Positions 7,386 through 15,930 of a stretch of DNA of 64,000 nt are shown here, one piece after another. Numbering within the stretch: the first letter of the stretch is position 1; the number at the start of each line of letters is the position of its first letter. The notes under the pieces are model-generated. The model made no database searches. It was given only the letters and a program-made list of their open reading frames with translations, and had not been told where the DNA came from. This DNA comes from Candidatus Azobacteroides sp. GTDB lineage: Bacteria > Bacteroidota > Bacteroidia > Bacteroidales > WRGA01. The position numbers and the translations under genes are program-made. Location: assembly GCA_009787405.1 (NCBI GenBank), contig WRGA01000123.1, positions 8,369 through 72,368 of the forward strand, in the 5' to 3' direction.

Positions 7386-7898
7386 TCATCGTTTTCTCGC
7401 AATCATGATTCCGCCGATGATACAAGCCAACAGTAATATACTGATTGCTTCGAAGGGCAATAAATATTGGTATTTCTCCGTCCCCATCAATGTTATTCCG
7501 ATATGTTTCATATCGATTTCTCCTCCGGAAACCGCTTCCGTTATTTTAATTCCGTTTTTCAAAACCACGTACAAACAGACTCCGATTCCGAGCACGGCAG
7601 CCGTTATTCCGGCCAACGTCTTTTTCACCGGTATTTTTTCCAATTTATCACCGGCATGGCTGGTCAGGAAAATGGAAAATATAAACAAGACCAATATTCC
7701 TCCGGCATAAACCGTAACTTGTACGGCAGCCAGAAAATGATAATCCAACATGAGATAAATTCCTGCCGTAGCCAACAAAACAAACAGCAAATAGGTGGCC
7801 GACCGCAACACCCGCCTTGTTGTTACCGTCATGACGGAAAAAGCCACAATCATCACCGCCAAAATTCCGAAAATAATTTGTGAAACAGATATATCCAT
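7386..7898 (-). CDS. nuoJ: NADH-quinone oxidoreductase subunit J
   Basis: 170-aa membrane protein; the call rests on its operon position and NuoJ-like TM pattern. Confidence 0.85.
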   Translation of the reverse strand: MDISVSQIIFGILAVMIVAFSVMTVTTRRVLRSATYLLFVLLATAGIYLMLDYHFLAAVQVTVYAGGILVLFIFSIFLTSHAGDKLEKIPVKKTLAGITAAVLGIGVCLYVVLKNGIKITEAVSGGEIDMKHIGITLMGTEKYQYLLPFEAISILLLACIIGGIMIARKR

Positions 7899-7921
7899 TT
7901 TAATTGATATTGTTCATTTGT

Positions 7922-8413
7922 TTATGCTTCGCCGGACGCCGATTTTTTCTTTTCTTCCAAACGGGATCCTTCGTTGTTTAATTTCATGATCAACTTGGAA
8001 CGAGTGAAAATCGCAGTCTCATAGTCTTTGGAAAATACAATTGCATTTGAAGGACATGTCAAAACGCATAAATTACAAAAGGTACATTGTCCCAGATTAT
8101 ACAAATAGGTATCCAATATTTTTTTCTTTTTTCCGTCTTCCGTCTCAATGGTTTGAGACGTTATTTTAATCGTTCCGTTCGGGCAATTCATCTGGCAAAT
8201 ACCGCAAGCTGTGCATTTGTGCTCATTATTTTCGTTATGAGGCATTGTCAAAACCCCCTTAAAATGTTCCGGCATGACCAATGTTTTCCGGTTTTCGGGA
8301 TAACTTTCGGTAACTTTCGGACGGAAAAAATTCACAATGGATACTTTTAACCCGGTGAGCAAAGAAACAATTCCCGTCACCCACGATTTCAGATATGCTG
8401 CAAAACCACCCAT
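7922..8413 (-). CDS. nuoI: NADH-quinone oxidoreductase subunit I (2x[4Fe-4S] ferredoxin)
   Basis: It has two CxxCxxCxxxCP motifs: CTACGICQMNCP and CTFCNLCVLTCP. Confidence 0.9.
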   Translation of the reverse strand: MGGFAAYLKSWVTGIVSLLTGLKVSIVNFFRPKVTESYPENRKTLVMPEHFKGVLTMPHNENNEHKCTACGICQMNCPNGTIKITSQTIETEDGKKKKILDTYLYNLGQCTFCNLCVLTCPSNAIVFSKDYETAIFTRSKLIMKLNNEGSRLEEKKKSASGEA

Positions 8414-8418
8414 TTTTT

Positions 8419-8485
8419 AAATTAAGAGTTAAGAGTTAAAAGTTAAAAGTTAAATATTCAAATGATCCGGTCGTAATTTTTAATT
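8419..8485. repeat. Heptamer-array imperfect hairpin in the nuoH-nuoI spacer
   Basis: aaattaagagttaagagttaaaagttaaaagttaaat, followed by a degenerate complementary arm cgtaatttttaattcgtaatttc. Confidence 0.7.
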
Positions 8486-8492
8486 CGTAATT

Positions 8493-9572
8493 TCAAAAGT
8501 GCCATTTGAATATGACGATTAATGCCATGAATAAGATATTCAATAAATTAAGCGGCAATAAATATTTCCATTCCAGATGTAAAAGCTGGTCTATTCTCAA
8601 ACGGGGAAACGTCCACCGCACCCACAATGAAAGAAAAATGCAGAAAAAAGCTTTCCCCAGAAACCATACAGGAGTCGGAATATAATCCATGACATGATTA
8701 AATCCGTCCAACCCGGGAATATGCAAAGGCTGCCATCCGCCCAAGAAAACGGTGGTGGCAATCGCCGCAATGATAAACATGTTCAAATATTCGGCCAAAT
8801 AATAAAAGCCGAATTGAATACCCGAATATTCGGTGTGATAACCCGCCGTCAATTCCGATTCCGCTTCGGGCAGGTCAAACGGCCCGCGGCTTGTTTCGGC
8901 ATGTCCGGCAATCAAATAAACGAGAAAAGCAATCAAAGCGGGAACATGACCTTTGAAAATAAACCATAAATCCGCCTGCTGATTCACAATCTGCGAAAGC
9001 TGCATCGAACCGGCAAAAATCACCATCGTCAATAAAGACAATCCGACCGACAATTCGTAACTGACCATTTGTGCTCCGCTCCGCATCGCTCCGATCATCG
9101 AAAATTTATTGTTGCTCGACCAACCGGCAAGTAAAACGCCCAAAACACCCAACGACGACACGGCCATCATATAGAATATTCCGATGTTGAAATCGATCGC
9201 CTGCAAGCCTTTGCCGAAAGGCAATGCTCCGAACGACAGCATGGACGACAAAATCACGATAAACGGCGCCAGATAAAATAATATTTTATCATTGTTGTTG
9301 ATGGGGATCAACTCTTTCAGCAATATTTTTATGGTATCGGCAAACGTCTGCAAAAGTCCGAATATTCCGACACGATTCGGGCCGAGACGACATTGAAACC
9401 ACGCGCAAATTTTCCGCTCGAACCATATCAAAATAATAGCCAATATAGCATAAGCGGCCAAAAGAGCTATGCCGACAAGAACAAGCTCAATGACCAATAC
9501 GCCGAAATCAGGCAGGTTCAATGCCCGCAAACTTTGGTCAATCCACTGAGTCAGTACTTTAAAATCAAACAT
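8493..9572 (-). CDS. nuoH: NADH-quinone oxidoreductase subunit H
   Basis: 359-aa polytopic protein with NuoH/ND1-like motifs ([37 protein letters not shown]). Confidence 0.95.
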   Translation of the reverse strand: MFDFKVLTQWIDQSLRALNLPDFGVLVIELVLVGIALLAAYAILAIILIWFERKICAWFQCRLGPNRVGIFGLLQTFADTIKILLKELIPINNNDKILFYLAPFIVILSSMLSFGALPFGKGLQAIDFNIGIFYMMAVSSLGVLGVLLAGWSSNNKFSMIGAMRSGAQMVSYELSVGLSLLTMVIFAGSMQLSQIVNQQADLWFIFKGHVPALIAFLVYLIAGHAETSRGPFDLPEAESELTAGYHTEYSGIQFGFYYLAEYLNMFIIAAIATTVFLGGWQPLHIPGLDGFNHVMDYIPTPVWFLGKAFFCIFLSLWVRWTFPRLRIDQLLHLEWKYLLPLNLLNILFMALIVIFKWHF

Positions 9573-9606
9573 ATAGGTAATATTATTCGTTCTTTTTTAT
9601 CCCGTT

Positions 9607-11229
9607 TTATCGATCAATATCGGGAACCACATAGTCCAACGAACCGCCGATGGCAATCAGGTCGGCTATTTTTTCATTTCTTGAAATTAAATCGACAATC
9701 GACACCAAACTTAATCCGGGTGAGCGGAATTTCAAGCGATAAGGGCTTTTGTCTCCTTTACTGCATATATAAACTCCGAATAATCCGCGGGCTGCCTCCA
9801 CCGATTGGAAGTACTCGCCTTCCGGGATACGGATGATCGGCTTGGTTTTTGCTTGATACGGGCCTTCCGGAATATGATCCACTAATTGTTCCAAAATATT
9901 CAACGATTCGAGAATTTCATCCAAACGAACCATATAACGGGCAAACGTATCGCCTTCCTCACGGAGTACTTCGTTGAATTTAATCTTACCGTAAGCTGCA
10001 TAAGGACGATGTTTGCGCACATCGCAACTGAACCCGGACGCTCTTCCCGAAGGGCCGGTGACTCCATAAGACACCGCCTGCTCTTTCGACAAAATGCCGA
10101 TGCTTTTCATCCGTTCGTCGGCAATGACATTTCCCGTAAATATTTGGTGATACTCCTTCATGATCTTCCGCATGTAAGGAATAAATTCTTTGACCTTTTT
10201 TTGAAAATCGGGATGAAGATCATACATGACGCCTCCGATAACATTGTAGTTCATGATCAATCGGGCGCCGCAAGTATCCTGAAAAATATCGATGATTTTT
10301 TCGCGATCGCGCATACCGTAAATAAATGCGGTCAAAGCTCCCATGTCCATACACATGGCCGACCAGCCGAGCAAGTGGGAAGCAATACGCTGCAATTCGT
10401 CCATCATGGTACGGATATACTCCACCCGTTCCGAAACCTCGATCTCCACCGCTTTCTCAATACAAGAGCATAGCGCATGACGGTTGATATGGGCGGAAAG
10501 ATAATCCAGCCGGTCGGTCAAATGGAGCATTTGCGGGTAAGTCATGCTTTCACACATCTTTTCGATCCCGCGATGAATATACCCCAGATTCGGATCCACT
10601 TTACGGATCAACTCCCCGTCGAGTGAAACACGGAAATGAAGCACTCCGTGCGTCGACGGGTGTTGCGGGCCGATGTTCACCACATATTCTTCCTTTCCGA
10701 ACAGTTCTTTTTCTTTTTCGATAATATCGCCTTGAGTCGTAAACGACAGACTCCGTAATTTATCGGAAAACGGTTCACTTTCTATCGACAACGGATTGTT
10801 TTCGGGAGAGGCGTCATAATCTTTTCGAAGCGGAAATCCTTTCCATTTTTCGTTCAAAAACAAACGACGCATATCGGGATGGTTGATAAAGTTAATTCCC
10901 AGCAGCCCGTATGCCTCGCGCTCGTTCAAATTTGCCGTTTCCCACAAATCGGTGACACTGAATAATTGAGGATGTTCTTTGTCGGCCGTAGCCGTCTTTA
11001 AAACAATCATATCCAACGGGTTGCCCGACCGGGCCAAGTGATAAACAACCCCTAAAGAATCGCCCCAATCCACCCCGGTCAAAGAAACCAGAAAATCATA
11101 TCCTTCTTCCCGGCAAAGCATTGACGCCAACTCGTGTAATTTATCCGGTTCTACCGTAACCGTCGGATATTGTGCATCTTCAAATCCCGCATCGGGAAGC
11201 CGTTTCAATATTTTCTCCTTTAATTCCAT
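9607..11229 (-). CDS. nuoCD: Fused NADH-quinone oxidoreductase subunits C and D
   Basis: 540 aa. The N-terminal ~150 aa are NuoC-like. The remainder is NuoD-like (NIGPQHPSTHGVLHF..., C-terminal GGSLDYVVPDIDR). Confidence 0.95.
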   Translation of the reverse strand: MELKEKILKRLPDAGFEDAQYPTVTVEPDKLHELASMLCREEGYDFLVSLTGVDWGDSLGVVYHLARSGNPLDMIVLKTATADKEHPQLFSVTDLWETANLNEREAYGLLGINFINHPDMRRLFLNEKWKGFPLRKDYDASPENNPLSIESEPFSDKLRSLSFTTQGDIIEKEKELFGKEEYVVNIGPQHPSTHGVLHFRVSLDGELIRKVDPNLGYIHRGIEKMCESMTYPQMLHLTDRLDYLSAHINRHALCSCIEKAVEIEVSERVEYIRTMMDELQRIASHLLGWSAMCMDMGALTAFIYGMRDREKIIDIFQDTCGARLIMNYNVIGGVMYDLHPDFQKKVKEFIPYMRKIMKEYHQIFTGNVIADERMKSIGILSKEQAVSYGVTGPSGRASGFSCDVRKHRPYAAYGKIKFNEVLREEGDTFARYMVRLDEILESLNILEQLVDHIPEGPYQAKTKPIIRIPEGEYFQSVEAARGLFGVYICSKGDKSPYRLKFRSPGLSLVSIVDLISRNEKIADLIAIGGSLDYVVPDIDR

Positions 11230-11230
11230 G

Positions 11231-11857
11231 TTACTTTAATTTACCGTCGTTTTCCCTGATCTCCCTGACGGCTTCTTTTCTCCGCTTTTTCGATTTTTGG
11301 GCGCTTTCCAGAAACCGGTCGAGTTTCACTTTCCGCTGTAATTGCATCATTCCGTACAACAGACTTTCGGGACGCGGCGGACAACCGGGTACGAATACAT
11401 CCACGGGGATGATTTCCTGCACTCCCTTTGCGACATGATACGATTCGCAAAAAGGCCCTCCCGAGATGGCACAACTGCCCATGGCAATCACATATTTCGG
11501 TTCGGCCATCTGATCATATAGGCGTTTCAATACGGGAGCCATTTTATAGACAATGGTTCCGGCAACCACAATCACGTCGGCCTGACGAGGACTCGAACGG
11601 GTTACCTCGAACCCGAAACGTGCAAAGTCGAAACGTGCGGCGCCGACACACATAAATTCAATACCGCAGCAACTTGTGGCAAAGGTCAACGGCCACAGCG
11701 AATTTGACCGACCCCAATTGAGCAAATCATCCAAAGCGCCGATCACGATGTTTGATCCGTTTTGTTGAAGCTCTTCCACGTAATATTTTTGAAGATATTC
11801 GGTATCTTTAAACTCTTCGTTTTTAACTCCTTTAATATAGATGCCTTTTACTTCCAT
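11231..11857 (-). CDS. nuoB: NADH-quinone oxidoreductase subunit B
   Basis: ORF track 11231..12076, trimmed to MEVKG (11857) because the upstream part overlaps nuoA. Motifs seen: [27 protein letters not shown] and VPGCPPRPE. The alternative Met at 11878 cannot be excluded. Confidence 0.9.
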   Translation of the reverse strand: MEVKGIYIKGVKNEEFKDTEYLQKYYVEELQQNGSNIVIGALDDLLNWGRSNSLWPLTFATSCCGIEFMCVGAARFDFARFGFEVTRSSPRQADVIVVAGTIVYKMAPVLKRLYDQMAEPKYVIAMGSCAISGGPFCESYHVAKGVQEIIPVDVFVPGCPPRPESLLYGMMQLQRKVKLDRFLESAQKSKKRRKEAVREIRENDGKLK

Positions 11858-12198
11858 TCCAACGCTCCTTTCTTCCATGCATAAGCTAATCCCAGAATCA
11901 GGATGAACGCAAAGAACAATACGTTTATCAAACCGACGACTCCCAAAGATTTTACGATAACAGCCCACGGGAAAAGGAAAACCGCTTCCACATCGAACAT
12001 CAAAAAGAGAATGGCATACAAATAATATCCCACTTTGAACTGCATCCAAGAAGTCCCGCGAGTGGGAATACCGCATTCATAAGGCTCTCCCTTCTGAACG
12101 TTAAACGAAGCCGGGGCAATAAGCGCGGCGATCGCCAAAGCGCCCGCCACCATGACGACGGCTGTTAAAACTACGGCTATAAATAAAGCAGAATTCAT
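11848..12198 (-). CDS. nuoA: NADH-quinone oxidoreductase subunit A
   Basis: 116 aa with three TM helices, the YECG and FLMFDVE motifs, and first position in the operon. Confidence 0.9.
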   Translation of the reverse strand: MNSALFIAVVLTAVVMVAGALAIAALIAPASFNVQKGEPYECGIPTRGTSWMQFKVGYYLYAILFLMFDVEAVFLFPWAVIVKSLGVVGLINVLFFAFILILGLAYAWKKGALEWK

Positions 12199-12459
12199 AT
12201 TATTGAATGTAAATCAATCGTTTTTTCAAATAAGCGGCAGCTGATCCCACCGACATTTTCGACTTTTATGATGAAAAGACCAAAAACTAAATTTTGGCGC
12301 AAAAGTAGGGATTATATTGATAGATAAAAAGTATTCCGATAAATAGTTTTATATGGAGGTTTGTTAATAAATGTGAAAATAATAAAAGGGAGATAAGAAT
12401 TGCATATTTTTTTGTCAATATCATTGAAAATGATTCATTTAACGATGAATTTCCAAATG

Positions 12460-12725
12460 AAACCGTCCCGTCAGGGACAGAATACCGGTAGAAAAAATCG
12501 CCTCCTTCACCCAAAGCCCTTTGGGGAGATAAATGAATGGAATTATTAAAATGATTTGATACTGAATTTGACAAGAGATCTATTTTAAAAATCCGGAATA
12601 ATATTTTGTCCCTGACGGGACAAGGAGATGAGGTGCCGGATTTTTTCTACCAATATATTGTCCCTGGCGGGACAAAAAACGACATTCGCTTATCCCGTCA
12701 AGGGTATTATATTGGTAAAAAATTC
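12460..12725. repeat. Cluster of GTCCC-N4-GGGAC / ACCAATAT hairpin units (MITE debris)
   Basis: gtcccgtcagggac (12465-12478), gtccctgacgggac (12608-12621), gtccctggcgggac (12660-12673) and ctaccaatat / atattggta flanks. The MITE terminal repeats are absent. Confidence 0.8.
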
Positions 12726-13180
12726 GGTGCCTCTCTTTTTACCATGCCCTGTTGCCGCACGATAGCGGATGACTAAAAATTCTAAAACTAAAAATTACAA
12801 TATTTTTCAAGAGCTACAAAGCATAATCTGGCGAAAAAATACATTTTTGCCAAAAAAAATTGCGAATTTCAATTACTTTTATCCATAAAAGCAGTATTTT
12901 TGTCATCAGATGATTCATAAAAAATTTTTTGTGTGATATAGAGACAAAAAACGGTGCCAGTAAGCACTATTTGTTCCGATTTTTCGAAAACATAAGACAT
13001 GATTACGGATTCTTAACGGATAGTGTAATCCCCTGTCGACAGGGAGGGAGTATTCATAGCGCTTATCGAAATGCTTGTAGAACACCTCGCGGAAGGTTAA
13101 ATTGTCCATTTGGATGATGTGAGCGAAATGTATATACGATTTTATAGAAAGATATAATTATTTAAAACTATTTTTTTAGT

Positions 13181-14062
13181 ATGAAAAAAATTTTATTATA
13201 TATAGGTTATATGGCTGCTATTATTACAATTATATATGGTATAATAGACGCAATTAAAAATCAACGTTATCTGTTATCTATTGTTACAAATGTATGGACT
13301 TGGGTTGTAATCGTATTTATTATTTTGGCTATTATTTTGTATGGATTATACAAACACATATATAGATTAAATAAACGCATACAACAACTTGAAAATGAGG
13401 GTATTATACCAATAATTGAGGGTAATTTTATGGGTGGTATACATAAAAAACAAGAAAGAAGTAAATATATTAATAACAATATGTCTATAACATTATTGGA
13501 AAAAATCACAGAAATTAGTGGATTCGACGAGTGTAAAGCCTCAAAAACAATAATGAGAATACATGGGATATTATCAAGAGATTCGGATAACTTTAAGTTT
13601 ATTATTAGTAATGATTCAATCTCGCATTCTCGGAGTGATAAAATAGATATTACTGCTAAAGATATCAGTGATAGTACCCCTACCCCCCTTAATATCTCTA
13701 CATCTGATGAAAGTAATAACAAAGAGTATACTGTTTCTTATGAAAAAAGAAAAACAGCGGGTTCTCTTATTGCATTAGAAATTTCGTGGACTTGGCCTAA
13801 AATGTTTGATATAGACGGTGGCTATGTTACATTATCTACCTGTTATTCAAAAACAACAAAAAAAATCAAACATACATTTATTCCTCACAAAGAACAAACT
13901 TTTGATGAAATATCACTTTGGCAATATAAAATTTCAAAAACTCCTTCATTCTTGCGAAAAATAGCAAAAGAAAAAGATATTTTTTCTTACGAAATTGAAA
14001 ATCCAGATGAAATGACGGATTATATTATAATTTATAAAAACTTACAACACCTAATTAACTAA
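13181..14062 (+). CDS. Hypothetical membrane protein (2 N-terminal TM helices plus an unassigned ~200-aa C-terminal domain)
   Basis: 293 aa in AT-rich sequence. The TM segments are LLYIGYMAAIITIIYGIIDAI and WTWVVIVFIILAIILYGLY, followed by RLNKRIQQLENEG. I do not recognise a family. Confidence 0.6.
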   Translation: MKKILLYIGYMAAIITIIYGIIDAIKNQRYLLSIVTNVWTWVVIVFIILAIILYGLYKHIYRLNKRIQQLENEGIIPIIEGNFMGGIHKKQERSKYINNNMSITLLEKITEISGFDECKASKTIMRIHGILSRDSDNFKFIISNDSISHSRSDKIDITAKDISDSTPTPLNISTSDESNNKEYTVSYEKRKTAGSLIALEISWTWPKMFDIDGGYVTLSTCYSKTTKKIKHTFIPHKEQTFDEISLWQYKISKTPSFLRKIAKEKDIFSYEIENPDEMTDYIIIYKNLQHLIN

Positions 14063-14085
14063 ACACACTAAAATTTGAAAATACA

Positions 14086-15153
14086 ATGATTAACTTAAAA
14101 GATATGCTTGATGCGGATACTATTTTGAAAGAAAAATATCGTATTGAAAATTTGAATAATAGTATTATTACTTTAGAGTGTTTTATTAGCCAAGAATGTA
14201 ATCTGCAATGTAAACATTGCTATTTTGGTGATAAATTACCAAGCAAAAACCAATTATCGATTGATGAATGGATTGGCATCATAGAAAATGCAATACAAAA
14301 TGGGATTAAACATTTTCATTTTTCAGGTAAAGAACCATTATTAAATAATGATTTGTTTCCTATATTAAACTATATTTCGGAACGAAAGGATACATATGGA
14401 TTATTCTATGGCATTGTAAGTAATGGTGTAAGTGTTGAAAAACATATATATAAAAATCTTTTATTGACAAACTTAGATTATATTGAATTTAGTATTGAGG
14501 GGACAAAAGACATTAATGATTTTATTCGTGGAAATAATCATTTTGATAAATTGATAACAACATTAGGGGTTTTACTACCTAATGACAAAATCAGTACTTC
14601 AACTACTTTATCAGAAATAAATAAAGATTACTTTTTGGATTTAATGGACATATTGATAGAAAAGAAAGTAACAAAGATATTTGCTGCACCTATACATTTT
14701 GTAGGTAGTGCTACACAAAATTATATAAATATGATTTCACCTATTGATTTTTTAAACCTTATAGAAAATTCAATCAAAAAGATAATACAACTAAAACACA
14801 TAAACCATAAGATAGACTTAAAATTTTGTATCAGTGATTTTTATACGGAATATCTGATTAATAACGAGCATTTTATGTCAGAAAAATTAAAGTTGTATTT
14901 AGAAGATGGCGAACCTATATATTGGAATATTGATGGACATATCGTTGAAATTGTATTGCAGTTTGTTGATATGCCATTTGTAAAACAATTAATAATTACA
15001 GCTGACGGTTATATATTATCTAATGCCGATGATATAGATAAATACAATTATTATGAATCAAGTTTGGCTAATGCAAGAAATTGCGATTTTTCCAAAATAA
15101 TGAAATTAAGAAAAAAATATATTAATGATTACTTTACAAATTTAATTGTATAA
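14086..15153 (+). CDS. Radical SAM enzyme without a Cys-rich SPASM/twitch extension
   Basis: 355 aa, starting 23 nt after the previous gene. It has the CNLQCKHC (Cx3Cx2C) motif near residue 38, SGKEPLL (a GGE-like SAM motif), VSNG, EFSIEG and NDFIRG. The C-terminal ~130 aa contain only two Cys. Confidence 0.8.
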   Translation: MINLKDMLDADTILKEKYRIENLNNSIITLECFISQECNLQCKHCYFGDKLPSKNQLSIDEWIGIIENAIQNGIKHFHFSGKEPLLNNDLFPILNYISERKDTYGLFYGIVSNGVSVEKHIYKNLLLTNLDYIEFSIEGTKDINDFIRGNNHFDKLITTLGVLLPNDKISTSTTLSEINKDYFLDLMDILIEKKVTKIFAAPIHFVGSATQNYINMISPIDFLNLIENSIKKIIQLKHINHKIDLKFCISDFYTEYLINNEHFMSEKLKLYLEDGEPIYWNIDGHIVEIVLQFVDMPFVKQLIITADGYILSNADDIDKYNYYESSLANARNCDFSKIMKLRKKYINDYFTNLIV

Positions 15154-15156
15154 AAA

Positions 15157-15279
15157 ATGAAAAAATTAAAAATTAAAATACTGCCTGTCGAAGATGGTAG
15201 TGATTCAGGGAGTAAAGGGTTGTTCTTTTTCAATAAAAAGAAATTGGATAAAAGAAAAGAGAAACAACAAAAGAACTAA
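15157..15279 (+). CDS. Possible 40-codon micro-ORF 4 nt after the radical SAM gene
   Basis: Hand translation gives MKKLKIKILPVEDGSDSGSKGLFFFNKKKLDKRKEKQQKN*. It is too short for the ORF track. It may be a chance ORF in AT-rich DNA. Confidence 0.2.
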   Translation: MKKLKIKILPVEDGSDSGSKGLFFFNKKKLDKRKEKQQKN

Positions 15280-15323
15280 AAATATTTGGTTAGTAAATAA
15301 GACAAAGGGAAGTGCTTTGCCGT

Positions 15324-15356
15324 GGCGGACATGCTGTCCGTCCGCTTGTTTATTCA
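15324..15356 (+). terminator. Candidate terminator of the island cassette
   Basis: GCGGAC (15325-15330) pairs with GTCCGC (15340-15345) and is followed by TTGTTTATT. Confidence 0.35.
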
Positions 15357-15407
15357 AAAGGACTTGCAGTCCGACTCCGAACTCGGCATAGCGTCTTTCG
15401 TCATAGT

Positions 15408-15708
15408 CACCTAAGTCTGCCCCGATTTCGTGGTTAAGAAATCTAATCGGAATGATGTCAATCAGATAAAATCCTTGTTCGTGATAAAGTCCGCTTAGTG
15501 GCAAGGCAAGAATCTATATAACCAATTTCCCTTATTTTTGTACAAGGGTTTTGCCAAAAGACCCTGTCCGAAAAAGAAAGGAATAAGGGCGGCGGTTAGA
15601 TGTTATCCCTCTGCTACTAAACGTTCCTTTGTGAATAAGGGTTTCCTTATTCGTTCATATCCGGTAAATTGTATTTCTTAACCCCTAAATCGGGGCAGAC
15701 TCCGGTGG
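15408..15708. repeat. Inverted-repeat-bounded ~300-bp segment (candidate inverton or TIR element)
   Basis: The left repeat is cacctaAGTCTGCCCCGATTTcgtGGTTAAGAAAT (15408-15442). The right repeat is ATTTCTTAACCcctAAATCGGGGCAGACTccggtgg (15673-15708). The 15-bp and 11-bp blocks are perfectly complementary, and GCATAGC recurs just outside on both sides. Confidence 0.75.
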
Positions 15709-15791
15709 CTATGCGCAGCAGCGGGAGAACGGTACCGGGGTGTGGTTTTTCACCGGATATCGAAGGTAGTAGTATTTTATTCCCGTTATTT

Positions 15792-15869
15792 TCGCACAGA
15801 TTTCACGGATTTCACGGATTTTGAAAATATCCATTAAAAAAATCCGCGGAATCCGTGTAATCTGTGCGA
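15792..15869. repeat. CACGGATTT-type long hairpin
   Basis: tcgcacagatttcacggatttcacggatt (15792-15820) pairs with aatccgcggaatccgtgtaatctgtgcga (15841-15869). This is a stem of about 29 bp with a few mismatches and a 20-nt loop. Confidence 0.8.
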
Positions 15870-15884
15870 GGAATTATTCAATTT

Positions 15885-15915
15885 CTACCAATATTTTGTC
15901 CCTGACGGGAGACAA
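15885..15915. repeat. Solo CTACCAATAT-GTCCC-N4-GGGA hairpin unit
   Basis: The sequence reads ctaccaatattttgtccctgacgggagacaa. Confidence 0.7.
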
Positions 15916-15930
15916 AGGGATCATGGTGCT

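Noticed and set aside
7190-7402. 70-aa ORF in the nuoJ-nuoK spacer
   Set aside because: It lies entirely inside Rep-135 copy B, and equivalent ORFs are not preserved in the other five copies.
11858-12076. N-terminal 73-codon extension of the nuoB ORF (11231..12076)
   Set aside because: The extension overlaps nuoA in another frame and has no NuoB similarity. Conserved NuoB sequence begins after MEVKG.
12287-12574. 95-aa minus-strand ORF upstream of nuoA
   Set aside because: It runs through GTCCC hairpin repeat units (FYRYSVPDGT) and AT-rich non-coding DNA, and has no recognisable domain.
12915-13109. 64-aa minus-strand ORF (MDNLTFREVFYKHFDKRYEY..) at the left edge of the AT-rich island, considered as a possible third island gene or a gene remnant
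   Set aside because: I could recognise no family. It contains the perfect palindrome CCCTGTCGACAGGG and ends in poly-A/T. I leave it uncalled. A profile search could revive it.
15205-15504. 99-aa minus-strand ORF that at first looked like a beta-barrel outer-membrane protein fragment (..YAEFGVGLQ..)
   Set aside because: It starts at a TTG, is read straight through the left inverted repeat (15408-15442) and the candidate terminator hairpin, and its C-terminal third is antisense to AT-rich island DNA. No convincing family motif remains.
15690-15780. Cobalamin-riboswitch-like strings on the minus strand (GGTGAAAAACC.., CCCGCTGCTG, AGCCACCGGAGTCTGCC)
   Set aside because: There are only loose matches to the GGTGAAA..CCCGC.ACTG and B12-box consensus. 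The upstream GGGAA element is missing, no transporter gene lies downstream, and the B12-box-like part is duplicated as the inverted repeat. A covariance-model scan (Rfam RF00174) would settle it.
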